Below are positions 1 to 9,866 of a stretch of 64,000 bases of DNA, one piece after another. The DNA comes from a virus. The notes beneath the pieces are model-generated. The model was not told the origin of the DNA, did no database searches, and saw only the letters and a list, made by a program, of their open reading frames with translations. The stretch covers positions 32,001-96,000 of IMG/VR virus record IMGVR_UViG_3300047444_000783, one strand, 5' to 3'. How positions within the stretch are numbered: position 1 is the first letter of the stretch; every line of letters starts with the position of its first letter. The position numbers and the translations under genes were made by a program.

Positions 1-3000
1 TCTTGACCTTCGCGTCCGGATCCACCGGCCCCGGCGCTGGCGTCACGCTCGGATCGACTGCCGAATTCGCTTCGTCCTCGCCTTCGGTACTCTCGTCGGC
101 CGACAGATTGCCGGAGTCATCCTCGACGTCGATCGCCTTGATGTGATCCTCGTTCCCATCCTCGAGGAACATCTTGATCAGCCGTTCCTGATCGCCTCCG
201 ACCGGCACACGTGCGATCGCGCGGTAGAGATCCATGAAGATCAGTTGCGTATTGTCGCCCTGGTCGGACTGCTTCACCTGCTGGATGATCTCGTGGAGTT
301 TGGATCCTTCACGGCCGAGCAGCTTGCGGTAACGAATTGGGTTGTAGACCGCCAGATCGGCTGCGAGTTTGCGCGCGACCGTCAACAGGTTGATCGGGAT
401 CCAGCCGTTCGCCGCCGCTTCCTTGAAGTTCCGCGTGATCCAGTCGTCAATGTCAGCGATACGTGCGGCTTCGAAACTGGTCTCAGGCGACGGATTGAGA
501 ACGTGCTCGACGTACTGCGCCGTAGGCCGCTGCAGGGCGAACGCGCTCGTCGGCCGCATGTCGATATAGCGGCGGAAGATTGGCCGCAGGTCGTTCATGT
601 TCTTATAGCCAATAAAATTCACGCGGATCTTTGGCACGCCAGTCGTGCCGGCTTCTTCCGTCTGGCCGACGATCCCGAAGTTATTGACGAACTGCCCTGC
701 GTCGTTGATGCCGCGGTCCCTCCACTCATCGGGCGCAACATACTGCAGCATGTTGTAGATCTCGATCGGATTATTTGGCGTCGGCGTGGCCGTCAATCCC
801 CAGACGTTCTGGCCCTTACGCCCGGACTTGCGTTCGTGAATATAGCGGGTCTTGTACAGCATGTCGGCCGCGCGCTGCGAGTACGAGGCCGCGTGCAGCC
901 ATTCCGACATGTCCATGTACTGGACTGGTGCGTTTTTGTAGTTATGTAACTCGTCCCCAATGATGGAATCGATGCCCGTATCCTCGAAGAAGATTGCGTT
1001 CGTCTTCTTCATGTCCTGGATCGCCGCAAGTTTGCCGCGCATCTTGCGGATCTGCTCCTGGATCACGGTCTCCATCTTCCGGTTCGCCTGGGCACCCGTC
1101 TTCTCCTTCATCTGGCGTAGACGGTCCTCGTACTGCCGGATGTCTTCCTCGAAGTAGTCTTCAGCCGCGCGCAGCGGGATTTCCTTCATCCCCTCGTACG
1201 TCGCAATGATGTAGTCGGGGCTGGACATCGCCACCTGATGGAGCATCCGGTTGCGATTCTTCGAGTTCATTTCGCTCAGGTTGAGGATCTGGGCGGTCGG
1301 GAACAACTCTCCTATCTCATACGCCCAGTTGCCAGCGACCTTGGCTGGCACGACAAGCAGCGGTTTATTGATCAGCCCGCGCTGACGAGCAATCGCGATC
1401 ATCGTGATCGCCTGGCTGGTCTTTCCGGCGCCTACGCCGTGTGCATTAATTCCCGAGCGTGTGCGTAATAATTGCTCAGTCGCCTCCCACTGGTGTTTAT
1501 GAATAGCCAGCGGCTTGCCCTTGAAATTAGCAGCCAACCCTTCGATGGCCTGCTCCTTGCCTTCGAATGATGGATGGCGGAACGATCGGAACATCCGGTT
1601 GTACGTCGGCACCAGATGATCCACGCGGTCGAGGTTCGCCTTGAACCAGTCCTTAAAGACGTCGCCGAGTTGGTCCTGGATCGCCTGCTCGTGGAGGTCG
1701 AACACGGTCTTTGTCTTCTGCTTGCCGTTATAGTCGTACTCGCCGGTGCCGACGACCGTCGTCGCGCGCTTGTGGTTCAGGTACTGCTCGACCTGCTTGG
1801 CGTCGAACTCGTGATCACCTATTTCTCCGGTCTTTGCGTTCGTCACGACGCTCCGCTTGAACGTACCTTTGCCGCCGACCTTCCACATGTGCCGGTTGTT
1901 CTCTGGCACGTACTCGAGTTCGGCGTTCAGGCCGGCCGACTTCAGCCAATTCAGGACCGTCCCCTGGTCCATGAACGAACTGAACGGGTCTGCCGGTAAC
2001 TCATTGACCGTCGCCTGTGGAGGGAGCGCCGCCTCGAGTTCCTTCATCTGGCTGTCAAGTGCTGGTAAGATACCCTGATCGAATTTCGATGGGTCCGCCT
2101 GGACCTGCTGGATCATCGCCTCCGTCTGATCGATCTTCGGCCAGATCGGACCATACAGATACTCCTCGTTGATATCGATCGTCGGCTTGCCATCGGCGGA
2201 GAGCGCGCTGATGCTAAACCCAGGCCGACCGACCAGGAGTTCGTCGATCTGGCCGGTCCCGCGGTATCGCTGCTCGATCTCCCCACGGTTTAGCTCGCCA
2301 GTCTTTTCGTAAACAAACTTAGCGACGTCCTCGATATCCTTCGGGTCGTACTTCCGGTCCGGCGGAATCGGCTTCCAGATCGTGTTAGTCGTGAAGACCG
2401 CCGACGGCTTACCGTTCCGATCGGTCAGTCCAGCCAGCGACCAGATCCGCGGATCCGCAAAGCTGAGCGGATTGTTCTCGGTCCCGCCCCCGACCAGCAG
2501 ATATAGGTTGTTGTCGTACCCCGGCGGCGGGGCCATCTTCCCTTTGTTCTTGCCCGACTGGATAGCGAACTGAGTCCGGTAGTTCTGGATCGCCTGGAGC
2601 AACTGTGGCCGGATCTTGTCGGCCGCCTTCGTGTCGTCTTTACGGAGCGAGTCGTAGAGTTTGTCCGTCAGCTCCATCATGCGGACAGACTGAATCACAC
2701 GCTGGTGAGCGTTCGGTGCCAGCCCCTTCGGGAACGCCGGGTACATGTTCCCATCGCCTGACGCGTAATTGATCTGGTCTTTCTTCGAATCGTAGATCAG
2801 TGTCCCGTGGCGCGTGCCTTCCGGCGCCTTGCCTACCGGCTGTTCGGTTTCCGCAAAACCGGCGACCGACGCCTTAGTCTCCCGCGGTACCCACTTGATA
2901 TCGTCGCCGAGACTCCCGCTCATGAACTCTTCGATCGGCTTCGTCGGCCGGACGCCAATGCGGGTCACCTGGCGCACACCGTAGCCGGCTTCCGGCTTAC

Positions 3001-6000
3001 CCCACATCTGCTCCGGGTTCTTCAGGTAGTAATCGTTCAAGCGGGCAGGCGGCTGTCCGGACTTGGAAAACTGATCTGTCTCGCGCGCATTAATCCATTC
3101 GCCGGTCTTTGGCTCCTCGGTGATCTTGAATTCGAATTCAACGCCAGCGGCCTTAGTAACAGCCTGAATCGCCTTGATCGCCTCAATCTCTTCGGGCGTA
3201 CGCTTCCGCAGAAAGACCGCGTCGACGGACCCGCCGTACTGGGTGTTCTTCTGAAACTCGCCGGCTGGCGTTCGGTAGGCGCCAAGGAACTCCGCTTTCT
3301 CGCTGATCAGCTTGCGGATCTCCGGACTCAGCTTATCCATCGTGCCGGTCGACGTCAGGAAGGACACGACACCGTTTGGCTTTGCCAGATCCAGCGACTT
3401 CATGAAGAAGAAGTCGTGTAGCGTACTGATGTTCTTATAGGCTTCGGCGTCCTTGGAATATTGAAGTTGACCGCGCGAAGCACTGAACGGCACGTTCGAG
3501 AAGATGACGTCGAACAACTGCTTCGTGATGAATTCTTCGAACGGCTTGTTCTGAACGTTCGCCTGTGGGTACAGAAGCGCCGCGATCTTCGCGGCCGTCG
3601 GGTCGATCTCGACCATCGTGATCTTTGTGCCGGCCGGAGCGAAGCCCGCGTAGTTGCCGATGCCGGCAGCCGGTTCGAGCATGCTCGCGCCGTCGAGTGG
3701 ATAGCCCATGGCCTGTAGCTTGTTCCAGTGCCACTGCACCATCTTGTACGACGTGTAGTGCTCAAACAGCACGCCCTCTTCGGCCGACTGCAGTCCACCG
3801 TGGCCGGTGTACTGGCGCAGGATATCCTGCTCTTCGGGCGTCAGTGGGTCGCCCGGCTTCTTCGTCGCCGCGAGATCGGTCGCGCGCGCGTTGATATCCC
3901 GCCGTTGCTGCGGTGTCAGCACAACCGGTTCTTTGCCGATTAGGGTAAAACGTTCTCGGGCTGATCGTTCAACGCGTTCTGATTTAGCTGGCTGCGTAGC
4001 TGGTCGCTCGGCAGGCTGCCCGCCAGGTATTCCTTCGTTAGATCCGAGATCAGATTCGCCCGGCCGTACTCCTCCACCACCGCCGGCGGCAGGCTGTTGT
4101 CCACGAAGTCCGCCGCCATCTCCTCCGCCTGCTGAACCCGGTCCATCTCGTTCAACGGGATGTTCGTCAGGTCCGTGTCCCCCGATAGATCCGGTAGATC
4201 CTGTGGCATTGTCTTCCTCCCCTATAGCTTCAGGATGATCCTTAAACCACTGAGAAATCAAGTCAAATTGACTGCGAAGGTACGGACGGATGGCTTCACC
4301 GATGTCATCGATCATCCGCTCGGCCCAGGCACCGAACTCGCGCGCGCCGGCTTCGAAGTAATAGCCGCCGAGTTTGAACATGTCGGCCAGCATCTCCGGG
4401 TCGAATCCGACGTTCAGTTGCTTGAACTTATCGCGCAGCCGCTTGCGAGCCGCGTCCGCATCGTCCTCGGTAAAGAACTTGTTGCCCTGTCCGAAACCTT
4501 TCTTCGGTTCAGCCTCTGGTTCTGGCGGAGGCGGGATGTGTGGGCCACCGACTGGCGGAGGCGGAAGAGTCGGAGCAGGTCGCGTCTGAGTGGCGCCGCC
4601 CTTGCCGCTTTCAACGAAATCCTTCGCGGCCTTCCGATCCTTAAAAGGACCGTCTGTAATCATTCCATTTTCGGTACCGACAACCCACTTACCCTTATTC
4701 TGCCCAATCGGCGACTTGTAGACGACTCTCTTACCTGCGAAAATCTCGCCAGTTACGGACTTCTCGACACCCTTCTCGTCCTTGTACGGCAGTTCGATCT
4801 CATCCCATCCGCGCTCGGCAGGAGGCCCCTCGACAGGTTTCGGTGCCGCGGGCTTGGTTGTCGCAGGCGCTTCGACTGCTGCTCTTGTTACCCGGCTGGC
4901 TGGGATCCATTTGCTCAACTGCCCATTATCAAGGGCGATCTTGACGTCATTGCCGATGACCTGATAGACAAGGCCTGTACCCTCGTCTGCCGTGACGCGA
5001 TCTCCCCCCTTGAATGGGTTCGCCGTCTCGGCTTTCTCCGGCTTCGTCTCGGGCGGCGCCTCAACCGGCGCAGGAACTTCAGGTTTCGTCTCAGCCGCGG
5101 CGGGTTTCGCCTCGCTGTCGGTGTAGCCGTACAGTCGCAGCGTCTTGATGTATGCTGGCGATTTATCGATCGTGGATCCGTCGGCAAGCACGACCTGCTC
5201 GCCCCGGATGCTGACGACGTCCTGGCCATTCAGTTTGAATACTTTCTTGGGCTTCTGTAACTCTGGAAGTTCTGTCTTTTGTGACTCCGCCGGAGTCGTC
5301 GGGTCGGCGGCCTGCGGTGGCTTCGCCTCTTCCGGTGTCGCCTTCGTTGGCTTCGCGCCAGACTTCCCGTTCCACGCGGTCTCCCCATGGCGCACGAAGT
5401 AGATGCCGCCGGGGATCCGCTTGAAGTCCTTCAGGCCGTCGACGTCCTGAATCTTCCAGGTCCCGTCCTGATCACGCGACAGCCGGTGGACCGAACCTGG
5501 TTCCGTGTCGTCGCCGAATCCGGTGATCGTCTTATCGTCGGTCTTGAGGTCCTGGCCAACCCCAGCCTTGATCCATCCTTCGATCGTCTTGATCGATCGG
5601 CGATTGACGACGATCACGCGGCGACTGTCGGGGTTGTGGTCCAACTCCGCCATCTCGCTATAGACTTCCGGTAGGAGTCGGGCCTTGTACTGGTTGAAAC
5701 TTTCGCCGGGAGTCGACGAATGCTCGGACTGCCCTTCGAATTTCTCGTCTGGGCGGTTGATGATCTGATCGTTGATCTGATCGATGACGTCCGAACTCTT
5801 CTGTCCCTCGAGCGGACCGTACGCGATATCGCGGAGGTTCGGTGTCGTACGGACTGGCGTACCGGTCTCGCCAGCAAGCGCCTTGGCCGTCTGCTGGGTG
5901 CGCGTCAGGTCGGCCGCCGCGATTGAGTCGACGCCGCCCTTTTCCGCAAACTTCTTACCCAACTCCTGGACGTCCAACAATCCGTGGAGCGTCAGCGGGA

Positions 6001-8224
6001 GATTGACGGATCCGCGGATCCGGTCGTCGCGCTCATCCTGGGGCTTATCTGGCGTCGATACGATCTCGTCACCATGCGCGATGTGGCCTGGCGGAATCTC
6101 GTCCAGCCCGAGATGGTTACGCGCCATCTGATCGGTGATGTTCGGATGTGCTCGCCGGTCTGGAAAGTCGATCGGATGATCGCCCGTACGGCGGTCCGAG
6201 ACGGTCGTGTCTGCCGGAGTTTCTACCGGCGCCTCCGGAGTCGACTCCGGCATCGGCATGCCTGGGCCGCCGGCTGCTGCACCCACCTGCTGATCTGGCC
6301 CGGCGAATGCCTGCGGCCCTTTCGAGGCTGCCTTGACGCGCGCGACCTTGTCCTTAATCGACTGACGCTCGACCTGTTCGACCCCGCCCTGCTCGCCGAT
6401 CGCCTGATCAACGAGTTTGTCGGCCATGGCCTTCGCGCTCTCAGGGTCGAACGTATCCGGGCGCCGACCGTACAGGACTTCCGAAACCTCGGCCTTCAGG
6501 TCATTGATTGCCTGGATCTTTCGCGCTGTCCCGATCCCGCCGATCGTTTCAGCCACGGCATGGAAAATCGAGGCCGCCCCCATCGTGGTCGCGATACGCT
6601 CGAGGCGCGACTGATGGTATCCAACCTCCTGGTCCTTCTCGCCCGTATCTTCCTTCGGTTCGATCAGGCCGACGGTGAAGGCCGTGCCGAGCGTATGTTC
6701 AAGGCGCGTCAGAATATTCGCGGCAATCCCGGTCTCGGCCGTTCCGTACAGTGGGGCAAGTAATCGCGAGATCTTCGCCCATGGCGCGCCCATCGCGACC
6801 AGCCCGGTAATCGTATTCGTCGCCGCCTGCCATTTATCGGCGGGGGCGGCCAATCCAAGTTGCTGTAGGCGCTCTTCGGCGCCGGGCAGAAGTTTGAAGT
6901 TCTTATCGACGATCGGAATATGGAGGGTACCGGTCGCGGCATCGGCCATGCCGAGTGTTGCGGCAGACAGCCCGGCCTCGGCTCCGCGGACCGTCCGGCG
7001 ATACATGTCCTTCGCGACTTCCGTCCACGGGCTGGGTTCGGTAATCTGTCCTGGCGTCGCGAGATCGCGGGTCGCTAGGCGCTCGTACGACTCAACCTGC
7101 TGGCGAAGTTCTTCCGGGTCCTGCTGGAGTGGCGGACGGATTGGCCCGGCCATCGTTTCCGGTGGCATCCCGCCGCGCTGCGCCTGACTCTCGTGCAGGT
7201 TCTGCGCGAACGCGTCAGCGTTATCCGGGTTATCGAATTTACCAAGATGCTCGCCCGTCTGGTGGTAGTAGTCGATCGCCGGCTGCATCCACTTGCGCCA
7301 TGCCTGCTGCTTCTGCACGTCCGACATGCCGGGCGTGATCTTCGGCTGCATCCCGTCGGTCAGTCGCTTCCCGTTGACGACAGTCGGGATCAGGACTTCC
7401 TGGCCATTCTCTTCGAACGAGGCTGAACTTGTCGTCGAGACCGAACCGTCCGGATTCTTAAGGACCGGCCGGTTATACAACTCCTTGACTGTCCCGGGCG
7501 TGACCAGGCCTTTCGGCGCTAGCGGCTGACCCTGAGCGATCTTCTGCAGGTCGCGCGGCGTCAACTCCGGATAGCCGGAGTCGTGGTAGATCTGCAGGTT
7601 CTTCGTGCTCTGTGTGATCTGCGATCCGTCGTCCAGGACCAGCGCGTTGCCGTACGTACCGGCGATCGCGCGAGCGCCCGTCGATGGGAGCGGCGGCAAT
7701 GCCAACTGTGGCTTAGCCAAGACTGGAGGCGGTGTCGTCAGCGGCGTATTCGGAGGAACGACCGGCTGATTGATGCCCGTTACCGCCGGCGGCTTCGGAG
7801 CGGGCGGCACATTCTGGCTGGCCTGATAAGCCTTCTCGGATGCGACCGCCCCCTTGGCGGCCGACGCGATGGCGGCTGGTGCTCCGTACAGGTTGACCGT
7901 CGGGTGCAGGAGCGCACCCTTCACGATATCGAAGGTGCTTGGTTCGACGATCGGCGCGATCGGAGGCTTCGGCTGTGGCGGCTCGTACGTGTAGTACGTC
8001 TTCCAGAGCGAGGTCTTGGTGTCGGAGTCCGTTGGGAGCGCACGGATGTACGTCTCAAGTTGCGTTCGGTCCAGCGCCTTCTGGGCGAATACGCGCTGGA
8101 CGTCCTGCACCTTGTCGGGTGGCAATCCGGTAGTAAGCGAATCCAGACTCGCCTGGCGCTCCGTCTTTTCGACCGGCCCTAATGGCTGCGGTATTTGCGG
8201 TGGAGACTCAAGTGGTTCTGCCAT
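1..8224 (-). CDS. Giant polyvalent virion/ejection protein, DarB-like (N6-adenine DNA methyltransferase + SF2/SNF2-like helicase + extra domains); 3' end outside the window, >2740 aa
   Basis: ATG at 8224 with GGGGA upstream (MAEPLESPPQIPQ...). Hand translation shows LRQYTGHGG, MLEPAAGIG, VEIDP and FSNVPF (3485-3496) MTase motifs, Walker A HGVGAGKT (~1418-1441) and DELH (944-955). The track has no ORF in this frame, consistent with no stop before the window edge; the long + ORFs here are its in-register antisense shadows. Confidence 0.9.
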   Translation of the reverse strand, partial: MAEPLESPPQIPQPLGPVEKTERQASLDSLTTGLPPDKVQDVQRVFAQKALDRTQLETYIRALPTDSDTKTSLWKTYYTYEPPQPKPPIAPIVEPSTFDIVKGALLHPTVNLYGAPAAIASAAKGAVASEKAYQASQNVPPAPKPPAVTGINQPVVPPNTPLTTPPPVLAKPQLALPPLPSTGARAIAGTYGNALVLDDGSQITQSTKNLQIYHDSGYPELTPRDLQKIAQGQPLAPKGLVTPGTVKELYNRPVLKNPDGSVSTTSSASFEENGQEVLIPTVVNGKRLTDGMQPKITPGMSDVQKQQAWRKWMQPAIDYYHQTGEHLGKFDNPDNADAFAQNLHESQAQRGGMPPETMAGPIRPPLQQDPEELRQQVESYERLATRDLATPGQITEPSPWTEVAKDMYRRTVRGAEAGLSAATLGMADAATGTLHIPIVDKNFKLLPGAEERLQQLGLAAPADKWQAATNTITGLVAMGAPWAKISRLLAPLYGTAETGIAANILTRLEHTLGTAFTVGLIEPKEDTGEKDQEVGYHQSRLERIATTMGAASIFHAVAETIGGIGTARKIQAINDLKAEVSEVLYGRRPDTFDPESAKAMADKLVDQAIGEQGGVEQVERQSIKDKVARVKAASKGPQAFAGPDQQVGAAAGGPGMPMPESTPEAPVETPADTTVSDRRTGDHPIDFPDRRAHPNITDQMARNHLGLDEIPPGHIAHGDEIVSTPDKPQDERDDRIRGSVNLPLTLHGLLDVQELGKKFAEKGGVDSIAAADLTRTQQTAKALAGETGTPVRTTPNLRDIAYGPLEGQKSSDVIDQINDQIINRPDEKFEGQSEHSSTPGESFNQYKARLLPEVYSEMAELDHNPDSRRVIVVNRRSIKTIEGWIKAGVGQDLKTDDKTITGFGDDTEPGSVHRLSRDQDGTWKIQDVDGLKDFKRIPGGIYFVRHGETAWNGKSGAKPTKATPEEAKPPQAADPTTPAESQKTELPELQKPKKVFKLNGQDVVSIRGEQVVLADGSTIDKSPAYIKTLRLYGYTDSEAKPAAAETKPEVPAPVEAPPETKPEKAETANPFKGGDRVTADEGTGLVYQVIGNDVKIALDNGQLSKWIPASRVTRAAVEAPATTKPAAPKPVEGPPAERGWDEIELPYKDEKGVEKSVTGEIFAGKRVVYKSPIGQNKGKWVVGTENGMITDGPFKDRKAAKDFVESGKGGATQTRPAPTLPPPPVGGPHIPPPPEPEAEPKKGFGQGNKFFTEDDADAARKRLRDKFKQLNVGFDPEMLADMFKLGGYYFEAGAREFGAWAERMIDDIGEAIRPYLRSQFDLISQWFKDHPEAIGEEDNATGSTGSIGGHGPDEHPVERDGPGSAGGGDGGGLRGQQPAAGGGGGVRPGESDLGSNEGIPGGQPAERPATQPAKSERVERSARERFTLIGKEPVVLTPQQRRDINARATDLAATKKPGDPLTPEEQDILRQYTGHGGLQSAEEGVLFEHYTSYKMVQWHWNKLQAMGYPLDGASMLEPAAGIGNYAGFAPAGTKITMVEIDPTAAKIAALLYPQANVQNKPFEEFITKQLFDVIFSNVPFSASRGQLQYSKDAEAYKNISTLHDFFFMKSLDLAKPNGVVSFLTSTGTMDKLSPEIRKLISEKAEFLGAYRTPAGEFQKNTQYGGSVDAVFLRKRTPEEIEAIKAIQAVTKAAGVEFEFKITEEPKTGEWINARETDQFSKSGQPPARLNDYYLKNPEQMWGKPEAGYGVRQVTRIGVRPTKPIEEFMSGSLGDDIKWVPRETKASVAGFAETEQPVGKAPEGTRHGTLIYDSKKDQINYASGDGNMYPAFPKGLAPNAHQRVIQSVRMMELTDKLYDSLRKDDTKAADKIRPQLLQAIQNYRTQFAIQSGKNKGKMAPPPGYDNNLYLLVGGGTENNPLSFADPRIWSLAGLTDRNGKPSAVFTTNTIWKPIPPDRKYDPKDIEDVAKFVYEKTGELNRGEIEQRYRGTGQIDELLVGRPGFSISALSADGKPTIDINEEYLYGPIWPKIDQTEAMIQQVQADPSKFDQGILPALDSQMKELEAALPPQATVNELPADPFSSFMDQGTVLNWLKSAGLNAELEYVPENNRHMWKVGGKGTFKRSVVTNAKTGEIGDHEFDAKQVEQYLNHKRATTVVGTGEYDYNGKQKTKTVFDLHEQAIQDQLGDVFKDWFKANLDRVDHLVPTYNRMFRSFRHPSFEGKEQAIEGLAANFKGKPLAIHKHQWEATEQLLRTRSGINAHGVGAGKTSQAITMIAIARQRGLINKPLLVVPAKVAGNWAYEIGELFPTAQILNLSEMNSKNRNRMLHQVAMSSPDYIIATYEGMKEIPLRAAEDYFEEDIRQYEDRLRQMKEKTGAQANRKMETVIQEQIRKMRGKLAAIQDMKKTNAIFFEDTGIDSIIGDELHNYKNAPVQYMDMSEWLHAASYSQRAADMLYKTRYIHERKSGRKGQNVWGLTATPTPNNPIEIYNMLQYVAPDEWRDRGINDAGQFVNNFGIVGQTEEAGTTGVPKIRVNFIGYKNMNDLRPIFRRYIDMRPTSAFALQRPTAQYVEHVLNPSPETSFEAARIADIDDWITRNFKEAAANGWIPINLLTVARKLAADLAVYNPIRYRKLLGREGSKLHEIIQQVKQSDQGDNTQLIFMDLYRAIARVPVGGDQERLIKMFLEDGNEDHIKAIDVEDDSGNLSADESTEGEDEANSAVDPSVTPAPGPVDPDAKVK
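3940..4209 (-). CDS. Small acidic protein (89 aa) nested out-of-frame inside the giant gene
   Basis: Strong SD GGGGAGGA 5 nt before ATG. Codons in this frame end mostly in G/C, while the host frame here has many A/T-ending Gly/Pro linker codons. Confidence 0.6.
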   Translation of the reverse strand: MPQDLPDLSGDTDLTNIPLNEMDRVQQAEEMAADFVDNSLPPAVVEEYGRANLISDLTKEYLAGSLPSDQLRSQLNQNALNDQPENVLP

Positions 8225-8233
8225 CGGTCCCCA

Positions 8234-9838
8234 TTAGAACTTTGGAGCGGTCTGGCTGTTGACGTAGTCCGACAGCTTCTTGTGATCCTCCGGCGTCATA
8301 TCCGCGCCGTGATTAAGGAGATCAATCAGCGTCTCAAGCGATACGGCCGGGTCATGGGCCGAGTGCGCGCCGATCAGGCGGCTTGCGCTATAGCCATCAA
8401 TGGGCGGTCCTGGTAAATCTTTACCTGTTGGACCCTTAACCGGCGGTCCTGGAATCTTCTCCTGATAGCGTGACGGGATGAATTCCCCGCCGGGAGTTCG
8501 AATAGGAGTCTTTTCCATTGCACCGGTCCGCTCGTTCTTCGTGTAAATAAAACTCTGCTTCGTTACCGGATCGATTCCCGGGGTAGTCGAGAACATCGGC
8601 TGCGGCGGATGCGCGTGCGCCTGGTACTCATCCATCAGCGCCTTACCGGTCAGCCCCTTGTCCTTCAGTGACTGGTAGTAGCCCATCCGGACCTGCTCGT
8701 CGGCGTTGAGAGAGTTCGGATCCTTCTTTGCCTTATCCTCGAGCGATTCGATATGGCCGGCAATCCGACTCACCTGCTCGGGCGTGCGCTTCTCCTTCGG
8801 AGTCGAATATGCGGCTGTCAGTATGGCTTCGTCGCTGACTGGCGTGTCGAATTCGCCGGTCTCTGGATTCAACTTCTTGCCATCTTTGACATCCCGCTCG
8901 TTGTACTTTTCGCTTCCGAATAGAACGTCATGGAACCGCTTCTGCCAGGATTCCAGCCGCCCCTTTGGAATCATTCCCGCATTCTCGTACTGCTGCACCG
9001 AGTCCATCACGTGCGCGAAGTCCGGACCGAGCGTGGAGTACGCCTGTCTCAGGGTCTTAACTTCCGGATGCTGAGCGAGCATCCCCTCGACCGCCTGCAG
9101 CGCCGTATCCGCGTGCGCGCCAGCTACCGCCTGAACATACCTCTGCTCAAGCTGTGGGTTACGAACGCCCGCGCCAGGAGTCGTTGATCCTCCAGGAATA
9201 TGCGTAACCGTCTTGTTGATCGCTTCCTGTGCCAATTGCTCCGGCCGCGGCAAAAATTCATTACTCAGTGGCGTCGCCGGAGTAGCTGGGGTGGACGGCT
9301 GTGCCATCGGCCCCAGACCAGTCGGCGCTGCCGGTGTCGCCGCCGGTGCTGCAGGGGCAGCCGGGGCTGGCGGCGTCATGTGACTTAGGTCGCCACCAAA
9401 CGTCTGGCTACCAGGAGACATCGGCGGCAGCGGTGGAGATGGCAGCCGCTCCGGTATCGCGTTCGAGTCACCGCCTGACGCGCCGCCCTGATCGCCCGCG
9501 CGAGGCGGGATCGCATCGGCCGGCCCGGTCACATCGCCTTTCTTCTTGCCGCCAAACATATTCTTGAAGAAGTTGACGACCGAGCTGCCCTGCTGATCCT
9601 GGACCTTCGGAGGCTTCGGTAGGCCGGCGATCCCTTCATTCAGATGGCCGAGTAAGGTCGCCTGGAGTGTCGGGTCGCCCTGGAACTTGTCGATCGAGTC
9701 CGCCAGCATCTTCATGTCCTGAATCTTCTGCTGGTGCTGCTCCATCGCCTGCTGTGCGCCCTGCAGGCGCGCATTGAAGAATCCCTTCATGAATTCTCCG
9801 GCGGCCGTCCCGATTCCTGCTGCTGCCTCACCTGCCAT
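8234..9838 (-). CDS. Probable internal virion / DNA ejection protein (534 aa)
   Basis: Gly/Ala/Gln-rich N-terminus and Pro-rich linkers; lies between the pilot-like gene and the giant gene; SD AGGAG. Confidence 0.6.
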   Translation of the reverse strand: MAGEAAAGIGTAAGEFMKGFFNARLQGAQQAMEQHQQKIQDMKMLADSIDKFQGDPTLQATLLGHLNEGIAGLPKPPKVQDQQGSSVVNFFKNMFGGKKKGDVTGPADAIPPRAGDQGGASGGDSNAIPERLPSPPLPPMSPGSQTFGGDLSHMTPPAPAAPAAPAATPAAPTGLGPMAQPSTPATPATPLSNEFLPRPEQLAQEAINKTVTHIPGGSTTPGAGVRNPQLEQRYVQAVAGAHADTALQAVEGMLAQHPEVKTLRQAYSTLGPDFAHVMDSVQQYENAGMIPKGRLESWQKRFHDVLFGSEKYNERDVKDGKKLNPETGEFDTPVSDEAILTAAYSTPKEKRTPEQVSRIAGHIESLEDKAKKDPNSLNADEQVRMGYYQSLKDKGLTGKALMDEYQAHAHPPQPMFSTTPGIDPVTKQSFIYTKNERTGAMEKTPIRTPGGEFIPSRYQEKIPGPPVKGPTGKDLPGPPIDGYSASRLIGAHSAHDPAVSLETLIDLLNHGADMTPEDHKKLSDYVNSQTAPKF

Positions 9839-9866
9839 TTTTAAATGCTCCTAAGTTGTCGCCGGC

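Noticed and set aside
143-8182. Long + strand ORFs (143-949, 2807-3421, 4160-5260, 5984-6763, 7583-8182)
   Set aside because: All are in register with the giant minus-strand gene; antisense shadows with no motifs or RBS.
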